Below are positions 28,493 to 38,204 of a stretch of DNA of 64,000 nt, piece after piece (position 1 is the stretch's first letter; each line of letters begins with the position of its first letter). The stretch is from contig CAVYRH010000004.1 in the NCBI GenBank assembly GCA_963770835.1, forward strand, positions 608,001-672,000. The letters are read 5' to 3'. A program made the position numbers and the translations under genes. The notes under the pieces are model-generated. The model was not told the origin of the DNA and ran no database searches. It saw only the letters and a list, made by a program, of their open reading frames with translations. The DNA is from an uncultured Pseudomonadota bacterium (lineage in GTDB: Bacteria; Oederibacteriota; Muellerivitia; Muellerivitales; Muellerivitaceae).

Positions 28493-29245
28493 ATGAGCAT
28501 CGCCATAAAAGTCGAAAACCTCTTCAAGAACATGGGGCCCAGCCACGCCATCCAGGGCGTGAGCCTTTCCTTAGAACCGGGCCTGTTGCACGGCCTGATC
28601 GGCCCCGAGGGTTCGGGTAAGACCACCCTTTTGCGCCACCTCATCGGCCTCCTGAAAGCCGACCAGGGCAAGGTGATTTATCTGCTAGACGGGAAGCCCG
28701 TCCCCCTCGAGGAGGTCCGGTCCCGCATGGCCTACATGCCCCAATTGCAAAGCCTTTACTCGGACCTTTCCATCGGCGAGCACCTGGATTTCTTCCGGGA
28801 ACTCTACCAGATCCCGCCGAAAATCTACCGGGAGCGGCGCAAGGAGCTCCTCCAGATCACCCGCCTGGGGCCCTTCGTGAACCGGCCCGCGGGGCAGCTT
28901 TCGGGCGGCATGTACAAGAAGCTGGGCCTCATGTGCGCCCTGCTGCAGTCGCCCAACCTGGTGCTGTTGGACGAGCCCACGACCGGGGTCGATCCCATCA
29001 GCCGCCGGGAATTCTGGGAGATGCTCTACCGCCTGAGGGCCGAGGGCATCCTCGTCGTTATCACCACCGCCTACATGGACGAGGCCGAAAGGTGCGACCG
29101 GGTGCACGTGATGGAAAGAGGGAAACTCTTGGCCACTGGGGAACCGAAGGAAATACTAAAGAAGGAAAAGGTAGGGAGCTTCGAGGAACTGTTCCTGAAG
29201 CACGACGCAAAGGGCCCGGCCAAGGAAAAGGCGGCGATCCATTGA
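28493..29245 (+). CDS. ABC exporter ATP-binding subunit (YbhF N-half-like)
   Basis: GPEGSGKTT, LSGGM, LLDEPTTGVD. Confidence 0.93.
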   Translation: MSIAIKVENLFKNMGPSHAIQGVSLSLEPGLLHGLIGPEGSGKTTLLRHLIGLLKADQGKVIYLLDGKPVPLEEVRSRMAYMPQLQSLYSDLSIGEHLDFFRELYQIPPKIYRERRKELLQITRLGPFVNRPAGQLSGGMYKKLGLMCALLQSPNLVLLDEPTTGVDPISRREFWEMLYRLRAEGILVVITTAYMDEAERCDRVHVMERGKLLATGEPKEILKKEKVGSFEELFLKHDAKGPAKEKAAIH

Positions 29246-29257
29246 AAAAAAGATTGA

Positions 29258-29330
29258 ACCACAGAGTAGGGAAGAGGTTTTTTCGGAATAATCAAAGATT
29301 TAACTCTGTGACCTCTGTGTTCTCTGTGGT
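29258..29330. repeat. ACCACAGAG nonamer inverted-repeat hairpin
   Basis: accacagag ... ctctgtgacctctgtgttctctgtggt. Confidence 0.7.
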
Positions 29331-29344
29331 GAAAGAGGTTTTCT

Positions 29345-30259
29345 ATGCTTTCGGTTGAGGTTAAAAACCTGACGGTGAAGTTCGGGGATTTCATGGCGGT
29401 GAATGACATTTCCTTTACCGTGGAAAAGGGAGAAATCTTCGGCTTCCTCGGCGCGAACGGCGCGGGGAAGACCACGACCATCCGGGTACTCTGCGGCCTC
29501 CTGACCCCCACGTCGGGGGAGGTCCGGGTGGCGGGACTGAACCCGGCGGAAGGCCTGGAAGCGGTGAAGGCCAAGGTGGGCTACATGTCCCAGAAATTCA
29601 CCCTCTATACCGACATGACGGTGGACGAGAACCTAGAATTTGCCGCAAACCTCCACAAGATCCCCCGGGCCGTCCAGCACCGCCGCCGCAAGGAAGGGCT
29701 GGAGATCATCGCCTTCAAGGAAAAGACCAGCCGCCTGGTGCGCGAGCTCTCCGGCGGCACCAAGCAGGAAGTTTCCCTGGTGGCGGCGCTCCTGCACGAC
29801 CCGGAGATCCTCTTCCTGGACGAACCCACGGCCGGCGTCTCGCCGGTCTCCCGCAGCCGCTTCTGGTCCATCATCCGGGGCCTCTCCGACAAGGGGAAGA
29901 CCGTCTTCGTCACCACCCATTACATGGACGAGGCCGAGAATTGCGGCCGCATCGCGCTGATGCGCGACGGGAAAATCGTGGCCCTGGACAGCCCCGCCAA
30001 CTTGAAGAAGAGCACCTTCCCCGAACCCCTGGTGGAGTTGACGCCCAAGAAGGGCCACCGGGGCCATTGGGCCCAGGAACTGCGCAAGAGCGGGGCCGTC
30101 GCCTCCCTCAAACCCTACGGCATGCGGTACCACGCCATCGTCAAGGATGGGGCGGCCTGGAAAAGGACGGCCCGGCGGATGGCCGCCGATTTCGAGGCCA
30201 AGGCCATCAAGCCCTCCCTGGAAGACGTCTTTATCCGGGTCGTGGAGGAAGCCAAGTAA
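29345..30259 (+). CDS. ABC exporter ATP-binding subunit (YbhF C-half-like)
   Basis: GANGAGKTT, LSGG, LDEPTAGV, TTHYMDEAE. Confidence 0.94.
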   Translation: MLSVEVKNLTVKFGDFMAVNDISFTVEKGEIFGFLGANGAGKTTTIRVLCGLLTPTSGEVRVAGLNPAEGLEAVKAKVGYMSQKFTLYTDMTVDENLEFAANLHKIPRAVQHRRRKEGLEIIAFKEKTSRLVRELSGGTKQEVSLVAALLHDPEILFLDEPTAGVSPVSRSRFWSIIRGLSDKGKTVFVTTHYMDEAENCGRIALMRDGKIVALDSPANLKKSTFPEPLVELTPKKGHRGHWAQELRKSGAVASLKPYGMRYHAIVKDGAAWKRTARRMAADFEAKAIKPSLEDVFIRVVEEAK

Positions 30260-30265
30260 AGCGAC

Positions 30266-30357
30266 TAGGAATTTGGAATGAGGAGTTGGGAATTAAAAAA
30301 CATTGGGATGAGGATTTTAAGACTTAATTCCTAATTTCTAATTCCTAACTCCCAATT
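30266..30357. repeat. GGAATT heptamer inverted-repeat hairpin
   Basis: taggaat ttggaat gaggagt tgggaat ... attccta atttcta attccta actccca. Confidence 0.7.
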
Positions 30358-30409
30358 TAACGCGGGGTAATTCAACAGCAAAAAGTGGTTTAACCGATTG
30401 GAGCTTTTC

Positions 30410-31531
30410 ATGAAAGATCCGATAAATTTAAAAAGGGCCTATGCCATCGCCTATAAGGAAGTCCGCCACATCTGGAGGGACCCCTTCACCCTTGCCTTGG
30501 CCCTGGGATTGCCCTTGCTGATGGTGATGTTTTTCGGCCTGGCCATGGATTTCAACGTGCACGACATCCACTTGACCGCCTACGACAGCGACCACAGCCG
30601 GGCTTCCCGCCAGCTTTTGGAGACCTTCCAAAGCTCGGGTTATTTCCTCATCCGGCAAAAGCCGCTGGAGGGGGACGTCACCGAGCCGCTTCAGGCCAAC
30701 CAGGCCAAGGCGGTGCTGGTGATCCCGCCCCGGTTCGAGCGTTACCTGGGCTCCCGGGAGGACTCCCCGGTGCAGGTTTTGATCGACGGAACGGACAATT
30801 CCACCGCCGGCGTTATCGGCGGCTACATGGACGGCATCCAGTCCGCGGCCAACCTCAGGCTGGCCGACAGCGTTCCGGCCCCCCTGGTCATCCTCAAGTC
30901 CCGCTATCTTTTTAACCCGGAATTGAACAGCCGGTGGTTTACCGTGCCCGGCTTGTCGGCGGTGGTGCTGGCCATCATCTCTATCCTCCTGACCTCCCTC
31001 ACCGTGGCCCGGGAATGGGAGCACGGGTCCATGGAGCTCCTCCTTTCCACGCCCGTCCACCCGCTGGAAATCATCCTGGGCAAGCTGGCGCCTTACGTGG
31101 GGCTGGGGCTCTTCGCCCAGGGGCTCATCTACTGCCTGGCCCGTTTTTACTTCGGCATCCCCTTCCAGGGCAGCCACATCCTATTCCTCGTGGGGACCTT
31201 TCTTTTCATTTCCTCCTACATGGCCCTGGGGCTCCTGGTTTCGGTGACGACCCGCCAGCAGATCCTGGCCATGCAATTCGCCATGATGATCGGAATGCTG
31301 CCCAACATGCTCCTCTCCGGGTTCATCTTCCCCATCGAGAACATGCCGGTCTTCTTCCAATACCTGACCGCCATCTTCCCGGCCCGCTGGTTCATACTGG
31401 TGATCCGGGGCGTGTTCCTAAAGGGGACGGACCTGTTCCAACTGTTGACACCCCTCTTAGCCATGTTGTTGATGTCGGTCTTTTTCGTGACCCTCGCGGT
31501 GCGGCGGTTCAAGAGGGACGTGGAACCATGA
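30410..31531 (+). CDS. ABC-2 permease (YbhS-like)
   Basis: KEVRHIWRDP, FNPEL.S, AREWEHGSME.LLSTP. Confidence 0.93.
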   Translation: MKDPINLKRAYAIAYKEVRHIWRDPFTLALALGLPLLMVMFFGLAMDFNVHDIHLTAYDSDHSRASRQLLETFQSSGYFLIRQKPLEGDVTEPLQANQAKAVLVIPPRFERYLGSREDSPVQVLIDGTDNSTAGVIGGYMDGIQSAANLRLADSVPAPLVILKSRYLFNPELNSRWFTVPGLSAVVLAIISILLTSLTVAREWEHGSMELLLSTPVHPLEIILGKLAPYVGLGLFAQGLIYCLARFYFGIPFQGSHILFLVGTFLFISSYMALGLLVSVTTRQQILAMQFAMMIGMLPNMLLSGFIFPIENMPVFFQYLTAIFPARWFILVIRGVFLKGTDLFQLLTPLLAMLLMSVFFVTLAVRRFKRDVEP

Positions 31532-31534
31532 AAC

Positions 31535-31626
31535 GGCAGTCCACAGCTGACAGTCCTCAGTCGACAGCCAACTTAAAAGCCTTAAAGTCTTTGCTGCGAA
31601 CTGTCGACTGCCGACTGTCGACTGCC
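31535..31626. repeat. CAGTCGA-type heptamer inverted-repeat hairpin
   Basis: ggcagtccacagctgacagtcctcagtcgacag ... ctgtcgactgccgactgtcgactgcc. Confidence 0.75.
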
Positions 31627-31640
31627 ACCGGAGGTGGCGC

Positions 31641-32750
31641 ATGAAACTCAACCCGACCATCATGGGCTTTTTCAAGAAGGAACTGGTCCAGACCCTGCGG
31701 GATCCCCGCATGCGCATCATGCTTTTCGTGATGCCCGTCATCCAGATGACGATCTTCGGGGTGGCGATCTCCACCGAGACCCGCAACATCAAGCTGGCGG
31801 CGGTCTACGAGCCCAATGATTACCTGATGGAGCGGGTGGCGCAAAGGTGCTACAGCTCCCAATGGTTCGTGCCGGCCAAGGGCCTGACGGGCACCGATCC
31901 CTTCAAGTGGATCCAGTCGGGACAGGCCGACGCGGTGCTGGTGGCCCCCGAAAAGGGGCTGACCCGCAATATCGGGATGGGCGGGTCCTCCCTCCAGCTT
32001 TTGATCGACTCGAGCAACATTACCAAGGGACAGGCCGTCGAGAGCTATACCCAGGCCATCCTGAACCAGGTCATGGGGGAGGCATTCCCCGAGAAAAACC
32101 AGGGCCCGCCGGTGCACTTCGCGGTACGCTACCTCTATAACCCGGAGATGAAGACCGCGGTCTTCATGGTGCCCAGCGTGCTTTGCATGATTCTCCTGAT
32201 GGTCACCTTCATTTTGGCTTCTTCCTCGATTGCCCGGGAAAAGGAGGCGGGCACCATGGAAACGCTCCTTTCCTCACCCGCCACTACCACCGAGATCATG
32301 TTGGGCAAGTCCCTCCCCTATGTGGCCCTGGGGATGGCCGACTTCCCGCTGGTCATCGCGGTGGCCGTCTTCGGGTTCGGCGTGCCCATGCGGGGATCCC
32401 TGATTTTGCTGCTTTTTTGCGCCTTTATTTTCATGTGCAATACGGTGGCCTTGGGGGTCCTGTTTTCCACCTTCGTCAAGAACCTCCAGCAGTCCTCGAT
32501 GGGGGGGTTCCTGTTCATCTTCCCGGCCATTCAGCTCTCCGGCGTGCTCTACCCGGTGGAGAACATGCCCTGGCTCCTCAAATACTGCGCCTACCTGGAC
32601 CCGATCATGTATTTCGTCAACCTCATGCGCAACATCATGCTCAAGGGCGGGGATTTCCAGGTAGTGGCCTTCAACGCGGGCGCCCTGATCGTCATGGGCA
32701 TTTTCGCCATCACCATCGCGGCCAAGCGATTCCACCAAACCTTAAACTAA
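31641..32750 (+). CDS. ABC-2 permease (YbhR-like)
   Basis: KELVQTLRDP, YNPEM, AREKEAGTME. Confidence 0.93.
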   Translation: MKLNPTIMGFFKKELVQTLRDPRMRIMLFVMPVIQMTIFGVAISTETRNIKLAAVYEPNDYLMERVAQRCYSSQWFVPAKGLTGTDPFKWIQSGQADAVLVAPEKGLTRNIGMGGSSLQLLIDSSNITKGQAVESYTQAILNQVMGEAFPEKNQGPPVHFAVRYLYNPEMKTAVFMVPSVLCMILLMVTFILASSSIAREKEAGTMETLLSSPATTTEIMLGKSLPYVALGMADFPLVIAVAVFGFGVPMRGSLILLLFCAFIFMCNTVALGVLFSTFVKNLQQSSMGGFLFIFPAIQLSGVLYPVENMPWLLKYCAYLDPIMYFVNLMRNIMLKGGDFQVVAFNAGALIVMGIFAITIAAKRFHQTLN

Positions 32751-33031
32751 TTTGCCGAAGGCAAATAAGAATTGCTGTCACTGCGAGGAATGTGCCGCGG
32801 TGGCATGCTAACGACGAAGCAACCCCAGTCAAAAAAAATCAGGGATTCCCTTTTTTATTTTTACAACCATGTTAAAAGCTGAGTAGAAAAGGAATTTGGG
32901 TAAAAATGACCCGCCTGCCTTTTCAGATTTCCCAAAAACACCCAAATTCCCTTAGGTGTTTCGAACCAGGATAGCTGGCCTGGATTTTGCAATCTTTTAG
33001 GCCATTCATTTCAATCCCAGGAGAGGCTTTC

Positions 33032-34441
33032 ATGAAGAAACTTCATTTTTCCGACATGCCGTTGAGAAAAAAGATAACCCTCATCACCGTTGTTTCGACC
33101 TCGCTTTCCCTCTTGATCGCCTGCGCCGCCTTCATCCTGGTGGACCGGTTCTGTTTCATGGGGGCCCTGGAGAAAGAACTATCCGGGCTGGCGTCCCGCT
33201 ATGAGCAGAGGCTGTCCGTCACCCTCCAAGCGGGCTTTTCCTTAAGCTCCTTGAACCAGCTTCAATCCCTGGGGGACAACCCCGCCATTGTCCGGGCTTT
33301 CCTTTTCGACGCCGACGGCATGGTCCGCCAGCAATACCATTCGGAACGGGACGATGTTTCCCGGACCTTGCCGGCCCTCCGGCCGGAAGGGGTGGAATTC
33401 AACCAGGGCGGCATGGGCTTTTTCCACAGCTACTTCGCCGGCGGCAAAAGGATTGGAACCCTGTATTTGGAAGCCAACCTGACTGAAATCCGGACCGACG
33501 AAAGGCTGTTCATCTTGTTGACCTTCCTCATCTGGACCGCCTCCCTCATGGCGGCCTTTTTTATCGCCGCCCGGCTTCAAAAAGGGGTGACCGTGCCCTT
33601 AAAACAAGTGGTGGATCGCATGGAACATATCGCCAAGGGCGACGCGAACCTGAAAAGCCGGTTGGAGGTCACGGGAAAGGACGAGATCGGGAAGATGGCC
33701 GAAGCCTTCAATACCTTCGTGGGCAAGCTTCAAGACGTGGAAGAAATGAAGCTGGACATCATTTCGGTGGTCTCCCACCAGCTCAAGACGCCGGTGGCGG
33801 AGATCAACGGCTTTATCGAGAACATGCTGGACGGTGTCACCGGCGAGTTGAATCCCAAACAAAAACGGTACCTGGAGGAAATGCGGATCATCGGGTGGGA
33901 AAATTATAAACTCATTTCCGACCTCCTGAGCGCCAGCAAGATCGAAAGGGGCGTCGTTTCGGTGGCCTTGGAGCCCGTGTCCACCCATGAAGTGGTGACC
34001 CTGGCTATCCGGGATTACGAGAAATACGCCGGGCAAAAGGGATTGAGGATGCGCCTGGAAGGCATCGAGGGGGCCGCCATGCTTTACGCCGACCGCGAAA
34101 AGATGGTGGAAGCCCTGCGCAACCTGATCAACAACGCCATCAAGTGCACCGACCAGGGGTCGGTGACCATCCGGGCCACCACCGAGGGGGACCTGGGCGC
34201 CATCGAGGTATCTGACACCGGCATCGGGATGGACGGGGAAACCATGGGGCGCCTTTTCACCAAGGCCCGGGTTTTGGGGCGGGAAGCCGGCCGTTCGGGG
34301 GCCGGGCTCGGCCTTTACATCTCCAAGAGCTTCATGAAGCTGCAAAACGGCGACATCACGGTGGAATCGGAGCCGGGCAAGGGAAGCCGCTTCAAACTGC
34401 TGGTGCCGCAGTTCAAGGGGCCGGTAGGGGCAGCCCTATGA
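33032..34441 (+). CDS. HAMP-domain sensor histidine kinase
   Basis: Two TM helices with periplasmic sensor, DEIGKMAEAFN, SHQLKTP, NAIK, GAGLGL. Confidence 0.93.
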   Translation: MKKLHFSDMPLRKKITLITVVSTSLSLLIACAAFILVDRFCFMGALEKELSGLASRYEQRLSVTLQAGFSLSSLNQLQSLGDNPAIVRAFLFDADGMVRQQYHSERDDVSRTLPALRPEGVEFNQGGMGFFHSYFAGGKRIGTLYLEANLTEIRTDERLFILLTFLIWTASLMAAFFIAARLQKGVTVPLKQVVDRMEHIAKGDANLKSRLEVTGKDEIGKMAEAFNTFVGKLQDVEEMKLDIISVVSHQLKTPVAEINGFIENMLDGVTGELNPKQKRYLEEMRIIGWENYKLISDLLSASKIERGVVSVALEPVSTHEVVTLAIRDYEKYAGQKGLRMRLEGIEGAAMLYADREKMVEALRNLINNAIKCTDQGSVTIRATTEGDLGAIEVSDTGIGMDGETMGRLFTKARVLGREAGRSGAGLGLYISKSFMKLQNGDITVESEPGKGSRFKLLVPQFKGPVGAAL

Positions 34442-34812
34442 GCGCCAGGACCCGTATCCTCATCATCGAGGACAAGGCAGGTTTCCGCATGATGTACGGG
34501 GACATGCTGGCCGGCGCGGGTTATGAGGTCCTGACCGCGGAGGACGGTTTGAAAGGCTGGGAAATTTCCAAGGCGCGCAAGCCCGACCTGGTCCTGCTGG
34601 ACCTGGGCCTGCCCAAGATGGACGGTTTTGCCGTGCTCAGCCGTATCCGGGGCGACGTTGAAACCCGGTCCATCCCCGTCATCATCAACTCGATCGTGAG
34701 CGAGGAAAAGGAAGTCCGGAAAGCCATCCAATTGGGGGCCAATGATTACACGGTAAAGGGGCTTTTCACGCCCGTCCAAATCCTGGAAAAGATAAAAGCC
34801 CAACTGGCCTGA
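34438..34812 (+). CDS. Single-domain response regulator
   Basis: ILIIED, LLDLGLPKMDG. Confidence 0.9.
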   Translation: MSARTRILIIEDKAGFRMMYGDMLAGAGYEVLTAEDGLKGWEISKARKPDLVLLDLGLPKMDGFAVLSRIRGDVETRSIPVIINSIVSEEKEVRKAIQLGANDYTVKGLFTPVQILEKIKAQLA

Positions 34813-35081
34813 CCCGGGCCCCTTCTTACCGGCTGCCAAGGCCCCGGTCTTGCCGGGGGGGCTTGTCACCCTGGCACCTGCCGGGCACCTCCTTGTCCAG
34901 AGTCTAGACAGTTAGAAGAGACGGCCCTCACCGTGAGGCTGATTGAAATGACTCATTTCAAACCCCTCCCTCTGTGACCCACGTGTATGCACAGTGCATA
35001 AAAATTGGAAGAAAGCATGGGGTCAATTGTTCCGATTCGGAACAATCATCAAAAAACCCTTATTTTTAGTGTCCAGAGTCA

Positions 35082-36067
35082 CATGCCTATCCGCAAAGCG
35101 CATGTTGAAATAAAGGAATACAAGCGTATTCTATCCACTGAAGGAGGTGTTTCATGAACTACCAGCGGATGAAAACGGTTGAGATTTTCAGGGAAATTGA
35201 TACTGAGAAGAAAGCCCTTGAGTGGATCTGGAAGAGTCGTTTTGGGGGAAAAGCTTTTATTTGCCCCCACTGTGAGAACGAAAGCTATTGGCAGCATCAA
35301 AGTCGCCCGGAAATAAAGCAATGTGACTCTTGCTCAAAACAAATCCGGGTGCGGGCAGGAACCATTTTCCAGCATTCCAAGCTTCCCTTGTTCGTTTGGG
35401 TGAGGGCTATCGGTTTTGTCATGCAAGGTAAAAGAGGCATGGCGGCCGAGGAACTTAAACGGCATCTGGGGAGACGTTACGAAACAGTCTGGGGGATGCT
35501 GCAAAAGATGCGGGAAGCTTTGGAACAACGGGAAAAACCCTATCAGCTCAAGGATTTGATCGAATTGGATGGGGCTTTTTTAGGGCGTCGTCGTTATTAC
35601 AATCAAGTCGCATTACTTATTGGGGTTGAAAGTAAGGAATGGGTGGACGAGAAAGGTCGAAAAAAGCCAAAAGCTGGATTTGCCAAAGTGAAAGTGGCCT
35701 CTGAAACCCTCTGGCATGCCAACGAATTCGTCAATCAAGCCATCCAAAAGGACTCGCGGATACGCATGGACGCTAGTTCCCGTTTAAGGAAGCTGGAAAA
35801 CGTAACGGTGGAATACGAGAAAATGGACAGAAACCGTCAAGCTTGTGACCGCTGGTTGCCGTGGGTTCATAAGTTCATTTCCAATGCCAAGACATGGATT
35901 CTTGGAACCCATCATGGGGTAGGAGTCAGATATGTTGGCCGTTACTTGGCCGAATACACCTATCGCTTCAACCGACGGCATGACCCGGATTCCTTATTCC
36001 ACAGAGCTTTAACCGCCTGTGCACTCGCTAAACCCATAACTTTACATGCGCTTTGCGGATAGGCATG
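35082..36067 (+). mobile_element. IS1595-family insertion sequence (986 bp)
   Basis: Perfect 24-bp TIR CATGCCTATCCGCAAAGCGCATGT; 8-bp target duplication CAGAGTCA at 35074-81 and 36068-75. Confidence 0.93.
35154..36062 (+). CDS. IS1595-family transposase
   Basis: Zn ribbon CPHC..CDSC, GTIFQHSKLPL, IELDGA, YLAEYTYRFNRR. Confidence 0.94.
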   Translation: MNYQRMKTVEIFREIDTEKKALEWIWKSRFGGKAFICPHCENESYWQHQSRPEIKQCDSCSKQIRVRAGTIFQHSKLPLFVWVRAIGFVMQGKRGMAAEELKRHLGRRYETVWGMLQKMREALEQREKPYQLKDLIELDGAFLGRRRYYNQVALLIGVESKEWVDEKGRKKPKAGFAKVKVASETLWHANEFVNQAIQKDSRIRMDASSRLRKLENVTVEYEKMDRNRQACDRWLPWVHKFISNAKTWILGTHHGVGVRYVGRYLAEYTYRFNRRHDPDSLFHRALTACALAKPITLHALCG

Positions 36068-36418
36068 CAGAGTCAGGACGCTAAAAATAAGGGTTTTTTG
36101 ATAACCCGGGTCTCTTTTGAGGAATCCTCAAAATAATTGGAAGAATACCGGCCGGGTGGCCAGCGGCTGGCCACCCTTTGGTCGGAGTCCGAACAAAATT
36201 GGAAGAATAGGGGGTCTGTCGGGAGCCAGACGCCCAGAGTCTGAACACTTCTCCCCCGCCGAGGCTTGAATTGTTAGCGACGCTAACAATTAAAATAATG
36301 GAATTTGGCCCTTTTGTACTGACTCGGGACAAAACTTACCTTTCCGGGACCTCGATCGTTGAAAATGCCTATATTTACCGGGAAGATGAAGACCCCAATT
36401 GGGAACGAGGAGTGGAAA

Positions 36419-36892
36419 ATGAAAAAGCCCGCAAGGGAAAAACTGCCGGAATTCGCCGTTTCCAGCGTGGTTTTGGAAGAATTTGGCTTATTGGTGGAGA
36501 AGGGTTTCCGAAGATTGAGTGAGTTCCAAAAAGAAACGCTGAGGCCCCTGGGGCTCACGGGAAAACACCTGGAGATTCTTTTGATTCTTGAGCCTAAAGG
36601 CTCGATCCGCCAGCAAGTGATCGGCCGCCGCCTGCGGATGGACCGGACAACCCTGGCCGGCTTGATGGACGGCCTGGAAAAAGTGGGCATGGTGGAGCGC
36701 CCCAAGGATGCCGCAGGACGTCCTTCCGGCAGGGTTATCCTGACCCAAGAAGGAAGGGGAATCATCGCCCAACGAACGTCCCGGAAGTCCCAACTTAAAA
36801 TTTTATCCGGGCTCAATCCCAAGGAACAAAAAACCCTGATTCATTTGCTCCGGAAACTTGTCCTCGCCCGCTTCGACGCCCAAAAAGAATAA
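36419..36892 (+). CDS. MarR-family regulator
   Basis: LRMDRTTLAGLMDGLEKVGMVER...LTQEGR; GAGGAG RBS. Confidence 0.85.
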   Translation: MKKPAREKLPEFAVSSVVLEEFGLLVEKGFRRLSEFQKETLRPLGLTGKHLEILLILEPKGSIRQQVIGRRLRMDRTTLAGLMDGLEKVGMVERPKDAAGRPSGRVILTQEGRGIIAQRTSRKSQLKILSGLNPKEQKTLIHLLRKLVLARFDAQKE

Positions 36893-36948
36893 TACCTTTT
36901 GAGAGGGCGGGATCCCCGCAAGGAGGCCCATGCGGGGATTCGCTTTGA

Positions 36949-37088
36949 CAGGTTGATGAAAAAGTCCAAACGACGGACTTTTTCATATTTGCGTCGCGAA
37001 TCACCCCTTGAAAAAGAAGGGGTTTAAGACGATTCGCTCCTAGCCCATGGCTGCAGACAGGGTGTAAAAATAATTTTTCAGCACCCTG
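36949..37088 (+). mobile_element. MITE-like element, copy 4
   Basis: CAGGTTGATGAAAAAGTCC...TTTTTCAGCACCCTG, closely matching copy 1. Confidence 0.75.
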
Positions 37089-37107
37089 TTAGAGGGAAAT
37101 TTTGGGG

Positions 37108-37341
37108 CTATTTCGCTGCGGGGGTCGTTGAAGCAACGGGCGTCGTGGAAGCCGCCATCGCCTTCCTTTCCACCTTGGCCTTTACGGCCTTTTTCTTCCC
37201 GGCTTTCTTCACCGGCGTAACGACGGGGGTAACGGCGGCGGTAACCGTGGGGGTCCCGCTCACTTTCGCTGTATCCGCCCCGGCCAATCCGATTCCTCCC
37301 AAAAATGAAACGGCCAACACCGCGACAATGAAACGCTTCAT
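37108..37341 (-). CDS. Small exported Lys/Ala/Thr-rich protein
   Basis: GGAGG RBS, signal peptide MKRFIVAVLAVSFL...AGA. Confidence 0.7.
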   Translation of the reverse strand: MKRFIVAVLAVSFLGGIGLAGADTAKVSGTPTVTAAVTPVVTPVKKAGKKKAVKAKVERKAMAASTTPVASTTPAAK

Positions 37342-37628
37342 GAAATCCTCCCAAGTAAATTTTTAAAAACCGGCGCCCAAAACCAAATTCCGGTCTTTGG
37401 GCCGCATAGCCCGTTGAATTTAGGGGGGAAAGAATAATTGCGGTATGACCGCCCGCATAATGGACCGTCCCGCCGCAAGAAACGATTTCAGAAAAGATTG
37501 TGATTTAGCTTTAAATAGGCCTGTAATTCATTTTTCAAAAATATTTTTTTGCGGGAAGTTTTTCGGGAAATATTGGCTAGGGTGACTCCACCCAAGGCGG
37601 ACGCCGCACTCCACCGCGCGGGCTGGAA

Positions 37629-38204
37629 TTATTGAATGTTGATGTTGATCGTACTGAAAATGTATTGGGTGATCTTGTCGTATTTTTGCTTGGATGAATC
37701 AATAATCAGGACCATCCACATGATGTTCCGTTTGATGAAGATTTCCGTTTGGAATGTCGCTTTTTGGTTGTCAGCCATGAAATCACCCCACAACATCACC
37801 CCGTCCATGTTGAACCGTTGTATCTTTTTTTGGGCGACCCTGAAATTGGTCACCCCGGTTTGGCCCTTCATGTTATCGATCGCGCCCTGCGCGGCCCCGT
37901 CCAAGTCCCCCATGATCCCCTTGTTGTAAATTACGTTGGTCACCAGGCATTGGTACTCATCTGAGTTGGTGTTATCGAGGACGTAGGATTCCATCACGTC
38001 GATTTTCTTGCGGATTTCCTCTGAAAGATCGACGCTGGAAACCATGAACTTGCCGGGAATGGTGACCGTCATGTAGTCGCCCACCTGGGCTTTTTGCCAG
38101 GGCCCGAAAACCGGCTTGGCTGCGTCATCCGCGCAGAGACTACCGGGGGAAAGGATCAAAGTTCCTAGGAAGAGGGCTGGAAGCAGGGATTTCATAACTC
38201 GCAT
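37629..38204 (-). CDS. Exported hypothetical protein
   Basis: Signal peptide after AAGGA RBS; no family recognised. Confidence 0.6.
   Translation of the reverse strand: MRVMKSLLPALFLGTLILSPGSLCADDAAKPVFGPWQKAQVGDYMTVTIPGKFMVSSVDLSEEIRKKIDVMESYVLDNTNSDEYQCLVTNVIYNKGIMGDLDGAAQGAIDNMKGQTGVTNFRVAQKKIQRFNMDGVMLWGDFMADNQKATFQTEIFIKRNIMWMVLIIDSSKQKYDKITQYIFSTININIQ

Noticed and set aside
35001..36220. AATTGGAAGAA repeats on both sides of the IS as an outer composite element
   Set aside because: Short AT-rich matches with no defined ends or target duplication.
14305..37088. CRISPR interpretation of the recurring repeats
   Set aside because: Copies are dispersed, with no repeat-spacer periodicity and no cas genes.
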